Below are positions 59,301-64,000 of a stretch of DNA of 64,000 bases, in pieces. Position 1 is the first letter of the stretch, and each line of letters opens with the position of its first letter. Under the pieces are notes generated by a model. That model did no database searches and was not told where the DNA came from. It saw nothing but the letters and a program-made list of their open reading frames with translations. The stretch is from NCBI GenBank assembly GCA_964057225.1, contig OZ059897.1, positions 8,680,001 to 8,744,000 of the forward strand, written 5' to 3'. Origin of the DNA: Auanema rhodensis (Eukaryota > Animalia > Nematoda). The translations under genes were made by a program, and so were the position numbers.

Positions 59301-61605
59301 GTAGAAATAAGTATGTGTTAATGTTGTGGAGATTGAAATATAAAGAATGAGGAGCTAGATAGAGAGAGAGCATATGAAAGAGATTTATCGAAAATTAGCC
59401 TACAATCCACGAATATATCTGCAGTAAATCAAACTTAGAGAATAGTTTTTTTTTCTCTTAAAGTTCTTTAAAAAATGATTAAGAGGGGAAATAGAAAAGA
59501 TAGAAGAGAGGGAGAGAGAGCACTTTCTAAATGATGAACTAGATGTGTCCTCATGCAAATCAGTTCACGTATGCTGCTGGACATGGTGGAGTTTTCAAAT
59601 TGGATCACAAGAAAGGAAGAATGCAAAGTTCATTTTAAAATTTGTAAGAATCAAAACGGAAAATTTGTATGAATTTTATTATATTTTATCTGAATTCAGC
59701 TATTTAAAAATTTGTTTAAAAGTTATAAGAAGAAAATGAAGAAAGAGTTATTATTGTTATTTTTAATCTTTTTCTCTTACAGAATCAAATGTTAGGAAAT
59801 GATTCATGGCTACCAAAAACAGAAGTTTTCATTTCTAACCAAATATGTGAAAAACTGATTATTTATCATGTGGTTGGCGTAAAATAGAGAACAAATGAAT
59901 CAAAAAAGAAGAAAGGGTTGAAAGAATAATGGAAACAACTTCAAAACGTGTAGACGGGAATCAGCTTGAAGCTCAGATGCGGACATATGACGGACGATGC
60001 TGACGACGATGGCACACGACACAGCATGTTTGTCATGAAAGTGCTTGATAATATCAACGTCAGATACACACATAAAGAATAAAATTAATGAATGAAAAGT
60101 GAAATGAGAAGAGGGCGAGGACATCTATAACTAGATGTAAGCATATGATGCATATGACGTACACACAGAAGCAGAAGCATGTGTGTGTGTGTTGAGCACA
60201 TAAGACAAAGAGAAGATAAAGAAAACTGAAAATGGAAGAACGTTCCAATGTTCCAGACGACAACAGTAGGATCGTGTGACTGCGATATATCTGGGAGCAG
60301 ACAAAGCTTTAAGGATGTTAGAGGGGGGGGGGGGTTGACGGCAGAAGTCTGATGAGTCGTCGTCAAGTTGAATATCTATCACACGTCGATGTATTTGTCA
60401 GAGATCAGAGAAATAGCAAGTTCGAATGAAATTATAACAAATACTAAATATTTGGCATAACATTGAGAGCAGAATGGACAAATTGTTTTCTTCATCTTCG
60501 AGCTTCATGCGAAATTTACTTGAAAACTCATTGAATTATATGAGAAAATGTGAAATCCATTTCTCGCATAGTTCTAAATTGAAATTCGAAAAAAGAAAGA
60601 AAGCAAAATTAATACTATGGACAATAACTACTTCTAACCTGAGTTGACGATAATGATGATGCTGATGATGATCGGCGATAATGATTTGTTAATCTAGCTT
60701 TTGATGAACGATCATCATCCGAATACTTATGCTTATGAAGTAAAAGCCGATATTTGAAGAACATATTGTGTATGTATAAGGAAAAGAAAATAATGATTAT
60801 TCGATAAAGAGCAGACAAAAAAAATTTGTTCGTCTTTTCTTTTCCTTTTTTTTTTCAATTTTAATTCATTCTTCAATGCATTTGTTCGGCCAAAATTGAC
60901 GCCAACAATAGTGAGACATTCGAAATTATATTGATAGGTTAATCATCAAAAGTAATCATTCCGATGAAACAAAATTAGTCATGTTTGTGCGAATGATGAA
61001 AATCGTCTTCACGACGTCATAATCATTGTTGAAAATGCTTTAAGAGTCATAAGCGTATAGAGAGAGAGAGATGAACACTAAAATAGAAGAACTAATTGAG
61101 AAAAAGAATTGTAGCAAATAGCAGATGTTGTTTCAAGTTTTTCAATTTTCAATCTCCCCCCTCCCTCCTCTCCCACTTAGCTAGATGCTGTGTACCTGAG
61201 CAAACTTATCTCTTGCACATTCATCAGTAGGAGTTATTTAGTTATTCAGAAAGCACTAATCATTCGAAACTTTGTAAAGTTTAGAAAGATCAAGATAGTT
61301 TAAACTTTGGCTTTGCATGGCATGAATTTGAGAGATCTCAAAACTAAAATTGCCCCAATTGGAAAATGAAAAAGCAATATTAACAACATATGTACCACTA
61401 ACAAAGTAAGTGAATAATATTGAAAATCAAATAAAAAGAAAAAAATCTTCTTCTTCTTCCTTTTTTTTAAATAAATTAATGTGTGGATTCTCAAATATAT
61501 ATTTTTGTAATCAATAAGAATACAAGAAAACAAAAAAAACGTGCTCTGTTCTAGATGTTAGTAACACGAGTTTTGAGAATAAGGAGAAAAATATGAAATA
61601 ATAGT

Positions 61606-61608
<3 letters not shown>

Positions 61609-61662
<54 letters not shown>
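61609..61662 (+). repeat. (AG)27 microsatellite
   Basis: Perfect AG run. Confidence 0.95.
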
Positions 61663-61667
<5 letters not shown>

Positions 61668-61922
61668 TAATTGAAAGGAAAAGAAGGGAATAGATGGTTC
61701 AAAGCATGATAAAGAGAAAGGATTTGAAAACAACCTCTGTTAACAAAGACAGATAAAAAAGAAGAACAATCTAAAATACGAAAGTAAAAGAAAGAACAAA
61801 AGGGCACTTATTAGATAAAAGAATTGAATTTTCGGAGGTCGTGCAGCACAGCAATACCAATGAATGGCAAAATTCTGATGTACGTGCATCTATCTATGTA
61901 TGTAAATATATATAGTATATAG

Positions 61923-61957
<35 letters not shown>

Positions 61958-62023
61958 ATCAATAGACAAAATAAGAAATATATGATTGAAGAGAAAGAAA
62001 GAACGAGCAAGAGAGATAGAGAT

Positions 62024-62069
<46 letters not shown>

Positions 62070-62188
62070 CAATAGCCAAAAATTGGTTTTTTTAGTTTGC
62101 AATAGCTTGACATGTGTCTATCTTGATCTTACTGATATTGTATATCGATATATAGATGTATGCATAGTATACAAAGCTATACATAAGT

Positions 62189-62222
<34 letters not shown>

Positions 62223-62235
62223 ACTATATAACATA

Positions 62236-62266
<31 letters not shown>

Positions 62267-64000
62267 TATGCGCTCAAATCAAATACAAATAAGAAAAATA
62301 CTAAAAAAGACTTGGAGTGAATTGATAGTGAAATCTTAAGAAAGCAACAAGACCAGACACGCAAGCTGGAAAAAATGTTTGGCAGGAAAGGGGAAAGGCA
62401 TAGGAAAAAGAACAACTAACGACAAAGAGACAGGAAGAATGAGATGAAATACTGAGTATGGCAGCCAAGCTTTATCAGATTTTGCCGGTTACGCACTTAG
62501 CTTCAACAGAAGGAATTTGATAAAATGTAGAAATTAATCAGAAAATGCAGTTCGTCTATCTAATTGGTTTCTTGATTCCACGAACTTATCTTGTTCTCGA
62601 AGCAAGCATGTAAAAATTTGAAATTCAAATAAGAAGGGAGACAGAGAAGTAACTTAGGACCTGATGGTACTTGTATGAAATTCATTTACTGTACGTGTTT
62701 CATAAGCCTATTACAGGGTTAGCGGAGGGATGAGGGTTGTGAGGTTGCAGCACGTATAGCATAAGCAATGTTGTTTCATTTCTTTCCAAATGCAGCAATC
62801 AATCTTTCAGAATATGGTGATATGATCTCTTTTGGAATAATCTCTGCCATGATTGTCGGATAAAGGTATTATTGGTTGAAGTACACAAGCTTGGAAGTCA
62901 AAAAGTTGAAAAACACATCGGGCGTTGTTTCGTTTTCAGGGTAACATGATTGGTCTAATTGTTGTGAATAATGAAGATTCTATGTGAAGAGAGCATTTTT
63001 TCCTTTTTGGCAAAAAGAGATAGCTCTAGTCAAGTAGATGACGTCATTGGTTGATGCAGCAACCGACAAAGCGAATCAACTTCACCAGATAGGCAATGTA
63101 GAGGAGGAAAACGAGGAGAAAGAGAACAAGAGAAGAGAAAGAAGAAAAGGAAAAGAGAGAGAGAGAGTTTAGTGAGTGTATGTCTGAGCCTGACATTTGG
63201 AGGAAGAGGGACAACGACTACATCGCTGAATAATTCTCTGACGGTGGCCGAAATTCTACAACTATTCAGTTGGTAATGTAGAGTGTGAAAATTTGATTGA
63301 AGTGAAGGGATAAGATAATGCGTAAGGACGAATGTGATGTGGTAAAGATGGACAGAGCAAGGGAAGCAAGCTTGTGCATCGACAGATAGAAGATAGAAGG
63401 CTAGTGATCATATGATTATGAAAACTGATACTTGAAGGTACTGAAAGTTAAAGAAATTGAATGGTCATTGAACCTTTAAGCAACGTTTTAGAAATGAGGA
63501 AGAAGGTCGTGAAACGGAAGTGGAGCAGAATGAAGAAGAAGGTGAAAATGAAGAGAGTCGCAAAGTCTAACAGAAGGACGAGTAGAGATGAGAGAAAATT
63601 TGTTAGAAATGAGAATGAATAACAGGAATGCATCAGCTACATATGAATTCTCGAATGAGAAACTAAGTCAAGCCATTCGAGGTAAAGAAGATAGGACACT
63701 GGCATTCGCATATACAAGTGCGAAATGAACAAACTGGAAAAGAAAGAACATTCACACATTATCTTCATTTTTTCTTTTTTTCACCCTCTTCGTTTCCTTT
63801 TCTTTTATATAGGAGTATGAGTAACCATGAGTCACAGAAAAAGTAAAGCTCATCATTAAAAGGAAAGCGATAGTTACGATGATTGAGAAGTCGGTTAGTG
63901 AGTTGAAGCTCAAGCTGCAAGCCCAATAGAACTTTTACAGAAAACATAGGGGAAAGCAAAGCGAAGGGAACAAAGAAAATCTTTATTCTCAGTGCGTATA

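Overview
AT-rich eukaryotic DNA with short GT-AG introns and TTTCAG-type acceptors, consistent with a rhabditid (clade V-like) nematode. I assembled nine spliced genes by hand: an Srh/Sri-type serpentine chemoreceptor (+), the non-alpha nicotinic receptor subunit eat-2 (+), a Syt7-like synaptotagmin (+), an unrecognised 152-aa gene (+), an alpha-arrestin (-), the MOT1/BTAF1 ATPase btf-1 (+), F-spondin spon-1 (+), a DES1-type sphingolipid delta-4 desaturase (-), and the 3' part (C1 + RhoGAP) of an spv-1/ARHGAP29-like gene (-). The most notable non-host signal is at about 3.0-3.8 kb: a decayed Maverick/Polinton (adintovirus-like) endogenous viral remnant. It has a major capsid protein fragment on + and, tail-to-tail, a stop-interrupted adenain-type maturation protease on -, next to a Tc1/mariner-like MITE. 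Other candidates include intronic hairpins, a putative alternative first exon for a F-BAR-less RhoGAP isoform, miR-51/100 seed sites in two 3' UTRs, and a two-state architecture (microsatellite-rich versus compact blocks). All homology calls come from motif recognition, not from database searches.
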